Part shown: positions 19,099 through 29,634 of the stretch, in pieces
Position numbering within the stretch: the first letter of the stretch is position 1
How the letters are laid out: each line of letters starts with the position of its first letter
Source of the DNA: Candidatus Obscuribacterales bacterium
GTDB lineage: Bacteria; Cyanobacteriota; Vampirovibrionia; Obscuribacterales; Obscuribacteraceae
NCBI GenBank assembly: GCA_965228855.1
Contig: CBDDIJ010000002.1
Location: 128,001-192,000 of the forward strand
Direction of reading: 5' to 3'
DNA: 64,000 bases
Program-made: the position numbers and the translations under genes
The notes under the pieces: generated by a model
Databases searched by the model: none
What the model was told of the DNA's origin: nothing
What the model saw: the letters and a program-made list of their open reading frames with translations, nothing else

Positions 19099-20178
19099 GT
19101 GATGCAATTACACCGGACCGCCGTTTTGTGCGCCCTGGCGGCGCTTACAGTGCTGTCTACAAACAGTTCCGTGCGCGCCAATGCAAGGGCTGCGGATGCG
19201 GTTTCAACCTCAGTCGCGACCGACCTCCAGGATTGGAAGGATGCGAAACGCAACCGCATCGTGCCGGTCAAACTCTATCTTCCGACCTCAAAGCAAGGTG
19301 GTCCGTCCCCGGTTCTCATCTTCTCGCACGGTCTGGGCGGCAGTCGTGACGCCGCTCAATACCTCGGTGAATATCTCGCAAAGAAAGGCTACATCTGCGT
19401 GCACGTGCAGCACCCCGGAAGCGATACCGCAGTAGCAAGAGCCGCAATTTTCTCAAACAAAGGCGCCGCCGGTGGTGGCGGACTCAATGCACTTCGCGAA
19501 ATGCGTAATGGGTTCAGCAAAGAAAAATTTAGCGGCGTCAGAGCCGAACTCGGCAAAGCCGCGAATGGTCAAAACCTGATTCTGCGCGTTCAAGATATTT
19601 CGTTCGTTATTGACGAACTCGAACGCAGAAATAAAACAGATCCGCTCCTTGCGAAACGGCTTGATTTGTCGAAAATCGCTGTTGCCGGTCATTCATTCGG
19701 CGCAGGAACAGCGCTCGCGATTTGTGGACAAAACTATGGAACAGCAGCGAATCCTCGCACGGCTACAGACCCAAGAGTTAAGGCAGGCATTTATCTCAGC
19801 GCGCCGGTAAACGTCCGCGGCCGCGAACTCTCCGACGTCTACGGTCACGTGAAAGTCCCGGGCATAGTGATGACCGGCACCGAAGATTCGAGTCCGATTG
19901 GAAACACAAGTGCCGAAGCCAGACGAATCCCATTCGACGGAATATCAGCTCCGCATCAGTATCTCGTCAACTTCATCGGCGGAGACCACGCCATTTTCGG
20001 AGGACGTTCTTTCCGTCCGCAGAAATCCGGAGACGAACAATTTCATCAACAGATCAATCAAATCGTCGGCGAATTTCTGGACGCCTACTTGCTAGGCGAC
20101 AAGTCGGCGCAAGCATGGCTTGACGGCGACGGCGCGAAAAACTACTTCTCCAAATCGGCGAAATTCGAGCGAAAGTAA
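19099..20178 (+). CDS. Secreted alpha/beta hydrolase (dienelactone hydrolase/PAF-AH-like)
   Basis: FSHGLGGS, GHSFG nucleophile elbow, GTED, GDH. Confidence 0.9.
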   Translation: MMQLHRTAVLCALAALTVLSTNSSVRANARAADAVSTSVATDLQDWKDAKRNRIVPVKLYLPTSKQGGPSPVLIFSHGLGGSRDAAQYLGEYLAKKGYICVHVQHPGSDTAVARAAIFSNKGAAGGGGLNALREMRNGFSKEKFSGVRAELGKAANGQNLILRVQDISFVIDELERRNKTDPLLAKRLDLSKIAVAGHSFGAGTALAICGQNYGTAANPRTATDPRVKAGIYLSAPVNVRGRELSDVYGHVKVPGIVMTGTEDSSPIGNTSAEARRIPFDGISAPHQYLVNFIGGDHAIFGGRSFRPQKSGDEQFHQQINQIVGEFLDAYLLGDKSAQAWLDGDGAKNYFSKSAKFERK

Positions 20179-20195
20179 TCCACAGAAATTCCAAG

Positions 20196-20825
20196 TCACC
20201 AACGACCCGGCGCTTCAGCCGCTGGTCCGAGCAGCGCTTTATCGCCACCACCCAAACGCATCGCATATTCGACGTCTTCAAACGTTGTTGTTGTTCTCGC
20301 GACCTCAGGTTTCGTGATTCTGAGCGGAGCTGGCGGGTCCATTCGGAATAAAATGTTGTTTTTCAACACAATCGGAACGATCATCGCTATTCCAGCGTTG
20401 GCGGGTCTGACTATGTCCTGCGCGGGCTGCCGCATGCGCCCTGGAAAATTCACTCGTCCGACGTGCGCGAGGTCAGCCAGCGGCATCTCCTTTGCCGGGA
20501 CTACTTTCGTACACCGCGGCTCCTTAAACTCTACAAGAAAGTCCACCGCATGCGGAGCGACGACAGACCCAGTTCGGCATGTGATGCTCTTGATGTTTTT
20601 GCCGTGCTCTTTTCCAACCGCTTTGAGCAACTCCGAGAAAGTCATCGTTCCAGCATCGAAGACTGCAGGAGGTTGACTCTTCGGACCAAACATCAAAACG
20701 CCGTATGCAAGCCCCGAAACTATCGCGACGGTTCCGACGATCAAAGTCATACTTGTTAGCGAATTCTTTTGCATAGTTCTTTTTACCAATTCCTGCTCAA
20801 AGCGAAACAGCAAAAGATCACCCAA
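20196..20825 (-). CDS. Membrane-anchored hypothetical protein (paralog family 1)
   Basis: TM helix followed by MTFSELLKAV..IKSITC..FLVEFKEP. Confidence 0.7.
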   Translation of the reverse strand: MGDLLLFRFEQELVKRTMQKNSLTSMTLIVGTVAIVSGLAYGVLMFGPKSQPPAVFDAGTMTFSELLKAVGKEHGKNIKSITCRTGSVVAPHAVDFLVEFKEPRCTKVVPAKEMPLADLAHVGRVNFPGRMRQPAQDIVRPANAGIAMIVPIVLKNNILFRMDPPAPLRITKPEVARTTTTFEDVEYAMRLGGGDKALLGPAAEAPGRW

Positions 20826-20971
20826 AGATCACCCCCCAATTCCGTTTTAAAAGTAGGCACATGCGGGAAAATCTCAGGTTCAAGATTTTGGACAGCTTCA
20901 AAACTCAGCGAATTTAAACACAGACCTCCAAAACTGCACAATCTCCTCCTGGCACCACATCCGGTATTATA

Positions 20972-23197
20972 ATGCGAAAGAACTCGAAATCGGTCCCTAT
21001 CACAATCGCAGTGCTAATCGGCATGGCGGCTTTGCCCACAGCCGCCCAATGCGCAGACCAATCCAATGTTGGCGAGTCCAATAAAGCGATTGGAAAAATG
21101 ATGGATCAGATATTACTTCCGAGCTTTTCTGAGGAGCAAAAGAAAAAGCTGGAGAAGGCCGTCCGTGATTCACTCGACATAAGAACGCTCATAAATCAGG
21201 GCGACACTGCTTTTTCCGCAGAAGACTATTGCAAGTCGGCTAATTTTTACAGACGAGCTTTCTATGCAGGAAAACTGCTCGGGGAATACGATCATAAGCT
21301 TGGAAAGACGTTGGACTCTCTGCTAACCATAGACTTCAGGCTGAAGCTCGCAAAAAGCGAAATGTTGATGGCCAGCTACACCCAAGCATTGGAAAACTTG
21401 GAGGAACTGCGAAAAGACTTACCGGGCAATGAGTTGAACTCAGTGAAAACATTGAACGCAATCGCAGAAATTCACTACACAAACGGTCGATTTGAAGACG
21501 CGCAAGAGTCCTTAAATCTATCGACAAAGATCGCAGTGGACAACAAACTGTCCGATGCGTCTGTGGTCGAAACAAAACTTCTCGCTGCTATTATCGAACT
21601 TGCAGCAGACTCTCCCTTAGGTGGAATCAAACGATTTACAGAAATTGCGTCTGAAGCGGAACCGTTTGGCAAACCCGGAAAACAAGTTCAAGTAAGGGCA
21701 GCACTGGAACAAGCTAAACTCTACGAATCACGGTACCTTCTATCCAAGGCGAAAGAACGCGCTCAATTCGCATTGGAACTGAGCACCAAAGCGTTTGGTT
21801 CAAACAGTCTCGAAGCCGCAGACTGCATGACTTTTCTTGGCCTCCTTCTTCCACCGCTCGAGGGTAAAACACTCATTTCGAAAGCCGCTTCCATTCAGGC
21901 GCTTCATTTAGAAACAATGAGTCATCCTGCCGTGGCAAACACAATCCTCGCTCTGTCTGAGAACAAATCATTTAACTGCCGAGAAACTGAACTACTTTGT
22001 ACATCGGCTCTCGCTTCTATCGATGGAGTAATCAGCGACGAGAGCCCGCTACGTCAACATGGGTTGAGATTGCTGGCGTATGCTCAACTCAATGCTGATA
22101 AGAATCTGCAAGCGCTGAACACTTCCAAACTAAATTTACAGATAACGGAAAAGCTCTATAGCACTGAATCTCTGAAGTACGCCCGAGCACTTATAGACAG
22201 AGCAGTGTGTCTCGAAAAGTCAAATTTTTACACAAGCTCCACCGCTCGAATCGAAGGTGCAAAAGATGATACAGAAACTGAGGCAGCGCAGTCTGAGGGA
22301 GTCCAGCTTGCGGATCAAGCATACGAACTTATTCAGAAACTCACCGGAGCTGAGAGCTTAAATAGCGCCTCATGTCTAAGTACAAAATCCTGGATGCTGC
22401 TGTTGGCGAAAGAAAGAACTGATGCTAAGGAAGCAGCAAAACAAGCATTGAGGATCTGTGACAAGAGTCCGGATGCTGCCGGTGCGTCAACTGTTAGAGG
22501 ACGTGTAACCGCAGTAATCAGGCACATCGCAATAGAAGACAAAGACTGGAAATTAGCGCAAGAAGGACTAGCATCAAGCATGCTTGGAACCATCGAGCAA
22601 TTCGGAATTTGCAGCAAGAATTTCTTTGACATCCTAAAAGACTCGAACAAAATCCAGGAGAGCCTGAGCATCGCGAAAGACGAAGGCGAAGAAGAGGAAG
22701 TCGAAGAAGCCGAAGATGGTTCGCGACGTACGATAATTAAAGAGTCACTATCACTTCTTATCCTTCAGACGCTACCAACCGAGGAAACGGGCCTCGCGGG
22801 TTCAATGTCAATGCTCGCGAATTACTACGGAGGATTCGGCAAAGGCGAACCAGCTGCCAAAAGAGAAGCATCCCTGAAATCGCTTCTCAAAGGCGAACAA
22901 AAAGTCTATGGACCAGATAGCCCAAGACTAACTCGGCAACTCGTAGATCTAGGAAGTTTCTACCAATCGCAAAAGAAATTCGCTATGTCAGAGGAGTACT
23001 TTGCTAAAGCTGAGATGAATATCCAGTTGGGTCTTGGCGCCGACCATCCTGAACTACTGCTCGTCCTTCCCAAATACGCAGCGATGCTGCGAGAAAAAGG
23101 AGACCAGAAAGGCGCTGATTCAAAAGAACTCCTCGCAGACAGCATTCGCACCAAGTACGAAATCCCGAAGCCTAAACCTCGGATAATTCCAGAGTAG
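20972..23197 (+). CDS. Exported TPR-repeat protein
   Basis: Signal peptide; kinesin-light-chain-like TPRs (FGSNSLEAADC, GLGADHPELL). Confidence 0.85.
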   Translation: MRKNSKSVPITIAVLIGMAALPTAAQCADQSNVGESNKAIGKMMDQILLPSFSEEQKKKLEKAVRDSLDIRTLINQGDTAFSAEDYCKSANFYRRAFYAGKLLGEYDHKLGKTLDSLLTIDFRLKLAKSEMLMASYTQALENLEELRKDLPGNELNSVKTLNAIAEIHYTNGRFEDAQESLNLSTKIAVDNKLSDASVVETKLLAAIIELAADSPLGGIKRFTEIASEAEPFGKPGKQVQVRAALEQAKLYESRYLLSKAKERAQFALELSTKAFGSNSLEAADCMTFLGLLLPPLEGKTLISKAASIQALHLETMSHPAVANTILALSENKSFNCRETELLCTSALASIDGVISDESPLRQHGLRLLAYAQLNADKNLQALNTSKLNLQITEKLYSTESLKYARALIDRAVCLEKSNFYTSSTARIEGAKDDTETEAAQSEGVQLADQAYELIQKLTGAESLNSASCLSTKSWMLLLAKERTDAKEAAKQALRICDKSPDAAGASTVRGRVTAVIRHIAIEDKDWKLAQEGLASSMLGTIEQFGICSKNFFDILKDSNKIQESLSIAKDEGEEEEVEEAEDGSRRTIIKESLSLLILQTLPTEETGLAGSMSMLANYYGGFGKGEPAAKREASLKSLLKGEQKVYGPDSPRLTRQLVDLGSFYQSQKKFAMSEEYFAKAEMNIQLGLGADHPELLLVLPKYAAMLREKGDQKGADSKELLADSIRTKYEIPKPKPRIIPE

Positions 23198-23219
23198 AAT
23201 ATGAACGAGAAATGAACCT

Positions 23220-23870
23220 TCAACTCCTGCCAGGAGCGCCTGACAGTCCTGACAGCGCAAAGTCAGTAAGCCGCATCAGCGCCTCGTCTACATTGAATTC
23301 GGACGCATCAGCATACCGCTCACGAATCAACTTTTGCCGCGTCAAAAAACATACTATTAAACTGAGCATAAACTCAAATCGCCACTCGTGATCAGCCTCT
23401 TCGAGAGTCGGATTCACTCGTCGAAACGCATCGATAAATCTGTTACGACAAGCCGCAAAGTTTTTGTCTACTAATGTGTAAACGGGTTCCGGCTCCATCT
23501 GCGCTCTTCCAAGGAATTGAGCAAGAACTTCTCCGCTCTTCCCACGCTTTTTCACCATCCGAATCGGCGGTTCGTAAAACGCTTGTATGACATCAACGAG
23601 CTTGATCCGCTTGCGAGCCAGAACCTCGTCAAGCCGCTTCAGCTGTTCCTCTACAACTGGAGCAGCGAATCGTTCCACGACCGCGACGAACAAATCCTCC
23701 TTGTCACCAAAGTGATAAGCAATCGCGGCAACGTTTACATCAGCATCCTTAATGATGCCTCTCAGCGAAGTCCCGACGTAGCCGAAATTCGCAAAGTGAC
23801 GTTCTGCAACATTGAGAATATGTTCTCGCGTGCTAGCTTTTGACTGCGTCTTCACTGAGTGCTGCTCCAA
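23220..23870 (-). CDS. TetR family regulator (PsrA-like)
   Basis: TREHILNVAERHF...VNVAAIAYHFGDKEDL HTH. Confidence 0.92.
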   Translation of the reverse strand: MEQHSVKTQSKASTREHILNVAERHFANFGYVGTSLRGIIKDADVNVAAIAYHFGDKEDLFVAVVERFAAPVVEEQLKRLDEVLARKRIKLVDVIQAFYEPPIRMVKKRGKSGEVLAQFLGRAQMEPEPVYTLVDKNFAACRNRFIDAFRRVNPTLEEADHEWRFEFMLSLIVCFLTRQKLIRERYADASEFNVDEALMRLTDFALSGLSGAPGRS

Positions 23871-23922
23871 ATTGTTGAAAACAGTTTAGCACCTATTGTC
23901 AATTAGATGATTCAAGCGTATG

Positions 23923-23942
23923 ATTCAATCATCCGATTGAAT
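23923..23942. promoter_or_regulatory. Putative TetR operator in the divergent promoter
   Basis: Perfect 8-4-8 palindrome ATTCAATC-ATCC-GATTGAAT between tetR and the methyltransferase gene. Confidence 0.7.
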
Positions 23943-24026
23943 TTCACCAGGCACGGGCACCACCCTTGCCGCCTGCCGCGCTCTGGCACAATTCCATGCG
24001 CGGCGACACACCAGCACGGAGGGCAC

Positions 24027-25079
24027 ATGAACACATCCATAAGCCGACGAGATGAACGCGGTCGCATTCTCGACGAAAACACAGCCAGGTATAAGCTAAA
24101 CGATATCTTCTGCGCTGCCTGGTTAAGCCACGCCCTAACTGCATTGATTGACAATAACGTCTTTGACACCATTGAAGATAAACCGATGAGCGCCGATGAA
24201 ATCGCACAGAAGAACGGCTTGCACGCCCCATCGCTGTACCGCGCGATGCGAGCCGCAGCCGCCAACGGAATTCTGGTGGAACACGAAGATGGGGTGTTTG
24301 AGCACAATGACGGGTCCCGCCTGCTTCAAAGCAATCATCCGCATAGCTGGAAAGGCATGGCGAAGATGTGGAATCACAAGTCATGCCTAGCTGCATGGGG
24401 AGAGCTTTCCAGCGTTCTAAAGGACGGACAAAGTGGAATAAAACACGCATTCGGCAAAACTCTCTATGAACATCTTGCAGAAGTTGAAGGAGGCACCAAT
24501 GCCTTCTCCGATGCAATGATCAGTAACTCCACCCACACATCAATGGCAATCGCGAAAGCATTTCCGTTCAGTAGATTCAAAACGGTGCTAGACCTTGGTG
24601 GCGGCATTGGAACCTTACTGGCTGCCATTCTCGAAGAACACAAACACATCGAGGGAATCAATTTTGAAATACCGGAACTGCAACAAGCCGCAGAAGAATA
24701 TCTTGGACAGCGACGTCTGCGAGATCGATTGAAAACAGTGGTAGGCAATTTCCTGGAAAACATACCGCCTGATGTCGATCTCTACATGATCAAAAACTCG
24801 CTCTGGAACTGGGATGACGAGAACTGCAAGATAATAGTTCAGAACGTTCGCGACGCGATTGGCGACAATCGCGACAGTCGGTTTCTCATAATTGAATACA
24901 TCATAGATGAACAGAACGCGCCGTGGACGACGCTATACGACTTGCAGATTCTCAACATGCCCGGCGGTCGCGCACGAACAATCGAAGAGTATATGGAACT
25001 TCTTGCTCGCAAAGGCTTCCTCGTCGAATCAGTTGAATTTGTCCAGGACCAAACGCTCTTGCTTGCCAGACCAATCTAA
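24027..25079 (+). CDS. SAM-dependent O-methyltransferase (dimerisation + methyltransf_2 domains)
   Basis: VLDLGGGIG, GNFLE, PGGRART; GGAGG RBS. Confidence 0.9.
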   Translation: MNTSISRRDERGRILDENTARYKLNDIFCAAWLSHALTALIDNNVFDTIEDKPMSADEIAQKNGLHAPSLYRAMRAAAANGILVEHEDGVFEHNDGSRLLQSNHPHSWKGMAKMWNHKSCLAAWGELSSVLKDGQSGIKHAFGKTLYEHLAEVEGGTNAFSDAMISNSTHTSMAIAKAFPFSRFKTVLDLGGGIGTLLAAILEEHKHIEGINFEIPELQQAAEEYLGQRRLRDRLKTVVGNFLENIPPDVDLYMIKNSLWNWDDENCKIIVQNVRDAIGDNRDSRFLIIEYIIDEQNAPWTTLYDLQILNMPGGRARTIEEYMELLARKGFLVESVEFVQDQTLLLARPI

Positions 25080-25340
25080 AAGCCATGAGCCGGTCAAGCA
25101 AACTGCGGCAGCGCTTTATGAACGTCGTCCTCTGCACTTGAACAGGTCGGACTCCCGCGACGAGCGCGCGGCGTGACGGCGCGTAACGTTTGCTTTCGTA
25201 CTGCGACACCGGAGCGCCTTACCGATTTATAATCATTGCCTCTCCAGTCGACGGAGTGTTCGCAACTTGGGCGGTCAGTGCCGCGGTTCAGGCGATGAAC
25301 ACCCTCTCTGGACGTTCATCGCACGCCCTAAGGAGGCACC

Positions 25341-26465
25341 ATGCCGAGCATCGAACGCGAATTCCTCATGATTCCTGGTCCGACACCTGTTCCGGATCGA
25401 GTCCTCGCCGCTATCGCGAAGCACCCGCTGGGTCACCGCAGCCCGGACTTCTCCGATATCTTGATGGAAGCAATCGACGGTCTCAAGTGGTTCGGCGACA
25501 CACAAAACGAGCCCCTCATCCTCACTTCGTCGGGAACAGGCGGAATGGACGGCGCGATCGCGAACACTGTGAATCGTGGCGAAAAGGTATTAAGCCTGGT
25601 TTGCGGAGTATTCGGCGAACGTTTCGCAAAAATCTCCGAAGCCTACGGCGCTGACGTAACCAGACTGAAAGCCGAATACGGTAAACCGATCGATCCCGAG
25701 GCAGTAAGAGAAGCGCTAGCCAAGGACACAAAGAAAGAGATCAAAGCTGTCACAGTCACACATAATGAAACATCGACCGGCGTAATCAATGATTTAAAAA
25801 CCATCGCTCAAATCGTAAAAGAGCATGGCGCCTTGATCCTCGTCGACGCAGTTACGAGTTTCGGCGCGACACCTGTTCCGATCGACGAGTGGAAACTCGA
25901 CATTGTCGTGACTGGAAGCCAGAAAGCGCTGATGCTTCCGCCTGGTCTCGGCTTCGCATTCGTGAGCGAAGACGCCTGGAAAGCAGTCGAGAAGTCGACA
26001 CAGCCGCGTTTTTATCTCGACTTCAAAAAATATTTAAAGTCTCAGAAGGAACGCACAACACCGTTCACGCCTAACGTTTCATTCATCGCCGGTTTGACCG
26101 AATCGATCAAAATGATGAAAGAAGAAGGCAAAGAAAATATCTTCAAACGCCATCTGCATCTTCGCGATACTCTCAGAGCGGGCGTTCGCGAACTCGGTTT
26201 AAAAACCGTTGTAGACGATTCGTGCGCATCGCCAACTATTACATCGATCTGGCCACCAGATTCAATCGATGTACCGACCATTCGAAAACAGCTCAAGGAG
26301 CGCTTCCGCATCACCGTCGCAGACGGACAGGAAGAGCTAAAGGGCAAAATTTTCCGCATGGGACACATGGGATATGTTTTCGAACGAGACCTGGGAATGG
26401 CTCTCTATGCGCTTAAGCAGATAGTTGGTAAACCAGCGGCGAAGAAAGAAGAAGCGCACGTTTAA
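25341..26465 (+). CDS. Class V aminotransferase (alanine-glyoxylate/serine-pyruvate type)
   Basis: MIPGPTP, HNETSTG, VDAVTS, GSQKALMLPPG, FRMGHMG. Confidence 0.93.
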   Translation: MPSIEREFLMIPGPTPVPDRVLAAIAKHPLGHRSPDFSDILMEAIDGLKWFGDTQNEPLILTSSGTGGMDGAIANTVNRGEKVLSLVCGVFGERFAKISEAYGADVTRLKAEYGKPIDPEAVREALAKDTKKEIKAVTVTHNETSTGVINDLKTIAQIVKEHGALILVDAVTSFGATPVPIDEWKLDIVVTGSQKALMLPPGLGFAFVSEDAWKAVEKSTQPRFYLDFKKYLKSQKERTTPFTPNVSFIAGLTESIKMMKEEGKENIFKRHLHLRDTLRAGVRELGLKTVVDDSCASPTITSIWPPDSIDVPTIRKQLKERFRITVADGQEELKGKIFRMGHMGYVFERDLGMALYALKQIVGKPAAKKEEAHV

Positions 26466-26613
26466 AATCTGCGCCGAAGCAAATCAGATTTTGATATCTA
26501 ATCAGTTTGGTTCAGAAACTTTCTGGGTCGAATAGTCGTGACTGTTTAGCTCCGAAAGGGCTGTTTTTGGGCACAATAATGGAACACCGCCTATTACCCG
26601 GAGCGCCCATAAA

Positions 26614-27159
26614 ATGACCGGAGATTCGAGAAAGGATGCACCGCCGCCGATGTCCCTGAAAGAGTATCAGGAGTACCAGCAAGCCGAGAAAGACATCGAG
26701 CGCATCAAAGACATGGTGATCAATTTGGCGCATGAGCACGCGTCGAAGTATCTTGGTCCACCGGATTTGAACTTGTGGAAGCAAGAGTTGGCGTACCTGA
26801 AGAAAAATCCACTCGATCCGGAGCGGCGCGAATTGCTTTTGACACTGGCGAAATCAGCTAGCTTCATGCCCATGTCGTGGAAAGACTTTCCGGAAAGTTA
26901 CGCGGTGCGATCCTATTTTTCGGAAAATTTAGAGCGATTGATCGGTGAGTTTGGTCATGAAGAGGTTCATCAACTCTTGCTCGAATATTTTGCTGGTGCG
27001 ATCCGCCTTGAGGAAAACCGCGACGACAAGTCGGCGACGGTTTTCTCCAACAAGAAGTTGTGTGCCGCATTTCGGCTGGTCATGAGCGTCGGCGCATGTG
27101 ACGCGGTAAAACAAATTTACGCGACTGAATATGAGGCGCCAGAGGCGGAAGAAACATAG
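26614..27159 (+). CDS. Hypothetical protein
   Basis: 181-aa helical ORF with RBS; no family recognised. Confidence 0.6.
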   Translation: MTGDSRKDAPPPMSLKEYQEYQQAEKDIERIKDMVINLAHEHASKYLGPPDLNLWKQELAYLKKNPLDPERRELLLTLAKSASFMPMSWKDFPESYAVRSYFSENLERLIGEFGHEEVHQLLLEYFAGAIRLEENRDDKSATVFSNKKLCAAFRLVMSVGACDAVKQIYATEYEAPEAEET

Positions 27160-27275
27160 TGATCGAACGGTGATCGCAGGTCGATGTTATTTGTTAAACG
27201 TTCGCGCAAAGGCTATACTGCTGAGGTAATCGGTATTACAATCACCTTGAAACCTTGCAGGTCACGGGGCCAAAT

Positions 27276-28316
27276 ATGAAGAGGTTTAAGAGCAGCAAAC
27301 GCTCGACGCAAAACCGCAAACAGCGCCTCAAGCCGCTTCTGCAGATAGCGACCGTAGTCGCCGGCGCGCTGCTCGTCGCGGGCGGCGCCCCACAGCCAGC
27401 AAACGCCTATTACTACTACCCGTTCTATTACCGTGGCATTTCGAATCTTCTGTATCCACTGAGATACGCTTCGTACGGGCTTTTCGGACTGGGCGGACCT
27501 GTGAGTTCGTGGACTTCGGCGTCGCCGTATCGCCTCGCGACCGGCAGGTTGACTGGCTATCCGTATATGTACGGTCCGCAGACAATGATGAATTATCAGG
27601 ACCCCGAACCCTACTATCAGCCGAGAAACCGCGTCAAACAGAAGCGTCTCGGGCAAGAATTCGGCGTTGATGAAGTCAACCATGCGCAATGGGCGGACGG
27701 AAACGACGACGCCCGACTCGCCACAGCGCCACCGCAGGCGGTGCAAGGCGGTTACGCTCAAGGCGCGACTCCCGGTCAGATTTCGTACAGTGGTGCGCCT
27801 CCTATATATCCAGCTGGAGCAGGTTTGCCCACGGCGACTCCCACTCAGTTCGGCATTCCCGCCGGCTATTCCCTGGTGCCAAATGGTTTGCCGACTACTC
27901 CAACTCCAGGACCCGACGGCATGCCGCCCACGCCACCGCCCATGGTATCAAAGGGTCCGGTGTCGCTTGCGCCGAACGCGCATGATCTATCTCCAATCGC
28001 AGCGGGTGGAACACCGAGAGCCCCACTAGCAGACGGTTTCGTTAATCACGTCAACACTCAATTTGGCGGCAATATAGAAACAGCACTCTTTGATCCATCC
28101 ACTCGAAAATATGCAAAAGTTTTAGGTCTTGTTTCCGACGACAACTTATTCGGCATGGACTTCACGAACACGCGAGTCGAACTCATCAAACAGATTTTCA
28201 ATGACACGTCGATTGACAGCGTCAGCAAACTAGGCGCAATCAAGATTTTGTTGAACGGTAGCGCAGCAAACTCAGCGCCCGCGAAGAACACCAATGGCGC
28301 GAACCGCGCTAAGTAG
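27276..28316 (+). CDS. Exported Tyr/Pro/Gly-rich hypothetical protein
   Basis: Basic N-terminus and signal peptide (PANA|YYYY); low-complexity centre. Confidence 0.75.
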   Translation: MKRFKSSKRSTQNRKQRLKPLLQIATVVAGALLVAGGAPQPANAYYYYPFYYRGISNLLYPLRYASYGLFGLGGPVSSWTSASPYRLATGRLTGYPYMYGPQTMMNYQDPEPYYQPRNRVKQKRLGQEFGVDEVNHAQWADGNDDARLATAPPQAVQGGYAQGATPGQISYSGAPPIYPAGAGLPTATPTQFGIPAGYSLVPNGLPTTPTPGPDGMPPTPPPMVSKGPVSLAPNAHDLSPIAAGGTPRAPLADGFVNHVNTQFGGNIETALFDPSTRKYAKVLGLVSDDNLFGMDFTNTRVELIKQIFNDTSIDSVSKLGAIKILLNGSAANSAPAKNTNGANRAK

Positions 28317-28649
28317 CACAGATTAGAACTTAGCTGAGAAGTAGGTAATGGCAGGTTAATCAAGGCTGGCATTGCAGCGCTCCACCTCTTTACAGCCGCT
28401 TCAAACAGGCAACTGGCGCGGTCCCGGCAAATAGGTTTCCAGCGACGAAGTTTTTCGCAGACAGTCAGCCCTAATTGAATACAGTAGATGCCTGTAATTA
28501 GACTGATGATACTTATTTCGTTTCTGATTCAAAAACCTGACTTTCTAATAGCTCACAACTAGGCATCCTCCACCTCGAAGAACCACCAATCATGCGGCTT
28601 AGCGCTTGATTGGACTTGTCGTGGTCGCTGCAAATCGAAAGGAACCCTC

Positions 28650-29285
28650 ATGTCCGCGCCGAAAGACCGCTTCGCGAGTCTTCCGGCTTTGATGTCCGAG
28701 CTTTCGGAAAACAAAGACTTCGTCATCCGCTCCCGCAAAAGGCGCAGCAAGGTGACGGTAATCTCTCCCCACGGCGGCTACATCGAACCTGGTACTTCTG
28801 CAATCGCGGAAGCTGTCGCGGGGCGGACTTTCAACTTCTTCGACTTCCAGGGGCTCCAGGTTGAAAAACCATGGGAACTCCATGTGACGTCGACGAAGTT
28901 CCGCCATCCGACGCTTGATGTGCTGCTTTCGCGGTCGGTGCATGCGGTTTCGATTCACGGGATGGGAAAGGTCGACAGCTGGAACATCTGGCTGGGCGGT
29001 CTCAACACCTCGCTGAAAACCCGCATCGCAGAGTCGCTCACGAAGGAAGGCTTCGCGGTTCTCACTGAATTTCCGAAGTACAAGGGCGCCAATCCACGCA
29101 ACGTCGTGAACCTCGCCCAGAATAAAGGTGTTCAGCTCGAGCTGCCGTGCGACCTCATCGACGCAATGTTCGTCAAGGGAGAAACGTTTTCCGGTCCCGG
29201 CACAAAGCCAAAGACCACCCAACTGTTCAAGCGTTTCGTAAAAGCACTACGAACCGCCATTCTTGCCGAAACAGGGGCGCGCTGA
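28650..29285 (+). CDS. Poly-gamma-glutamate hydrolase family (PghP/YmaC-like)
   Basis: SPHGGYIEPGTS, LHVTSTKF, VSIHG, GVQLEL. Confidence 0.88.
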   Translation: MSAPKDRFASLPALMSELSENKDFVIRSRKRRSKVTVISPHGGYIEPGTSAIAEAVAGRTFNFFDFQGLQVEKPWELHVTSTKFRHPTLDVLLSRSVHAVSIHGMGKVDSWNIWLGGLNTSLKTRIAESLTKEGFAVLTEFPKYKGANPRNVVNLAQNKGVQLELPCDLIDAMFVKGETFSGPGTKPKTTQLFKRFVKALRTAILAETGAR

Positions 29286-29330
29286 TGATGATGCTAAGGC
29301 ATCTCCCGCGCCCCTCACCACAACATTTTC

Positions 29331-29614
29331 CTACTATATGCCGAAGTTTCTCCTTTCTCCCAAATCGCCTGCAAACAGGGCGTTTCGAGCAATGCCCTCC
29401 GCACCCGCCCCTTCTTTGTCTACGCCAGAGCGCCGGATTTCGCCAAATCCGTCTACGCCAGAGCGCCAAGACATTCTACTATATCCCCAAGTATCTACCT
29501 TCTCCAGGAGAGCCCGTGTCTAGAGCGTTTCGAGCAATGCCCTCCTCCGTTCCCCTCCTTTGTCTACGCCAGAGCGCCGGATTTCGCCAAATCCGTCTAC
29601 GCCAGACCGCCAAA
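29331..29614. repeat. Dispersed element, two tandem half-elements (about 144-bp period)
   Basis: Outer boxes at 29331 and 29476; cores 29415-29470 and 29559-29614. Confidence 0.92.
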
Positions 29615-29634
29615 CCCGAGTCCCAGGACGTAAC

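Noticed and set aside
25200..25340. Glycine or ZTP riboswitch upstream of the aminotransferase
   Set aside because: Only a hairpin (CGATGAAC/GTTCATCG); the consensus motifs are absent.
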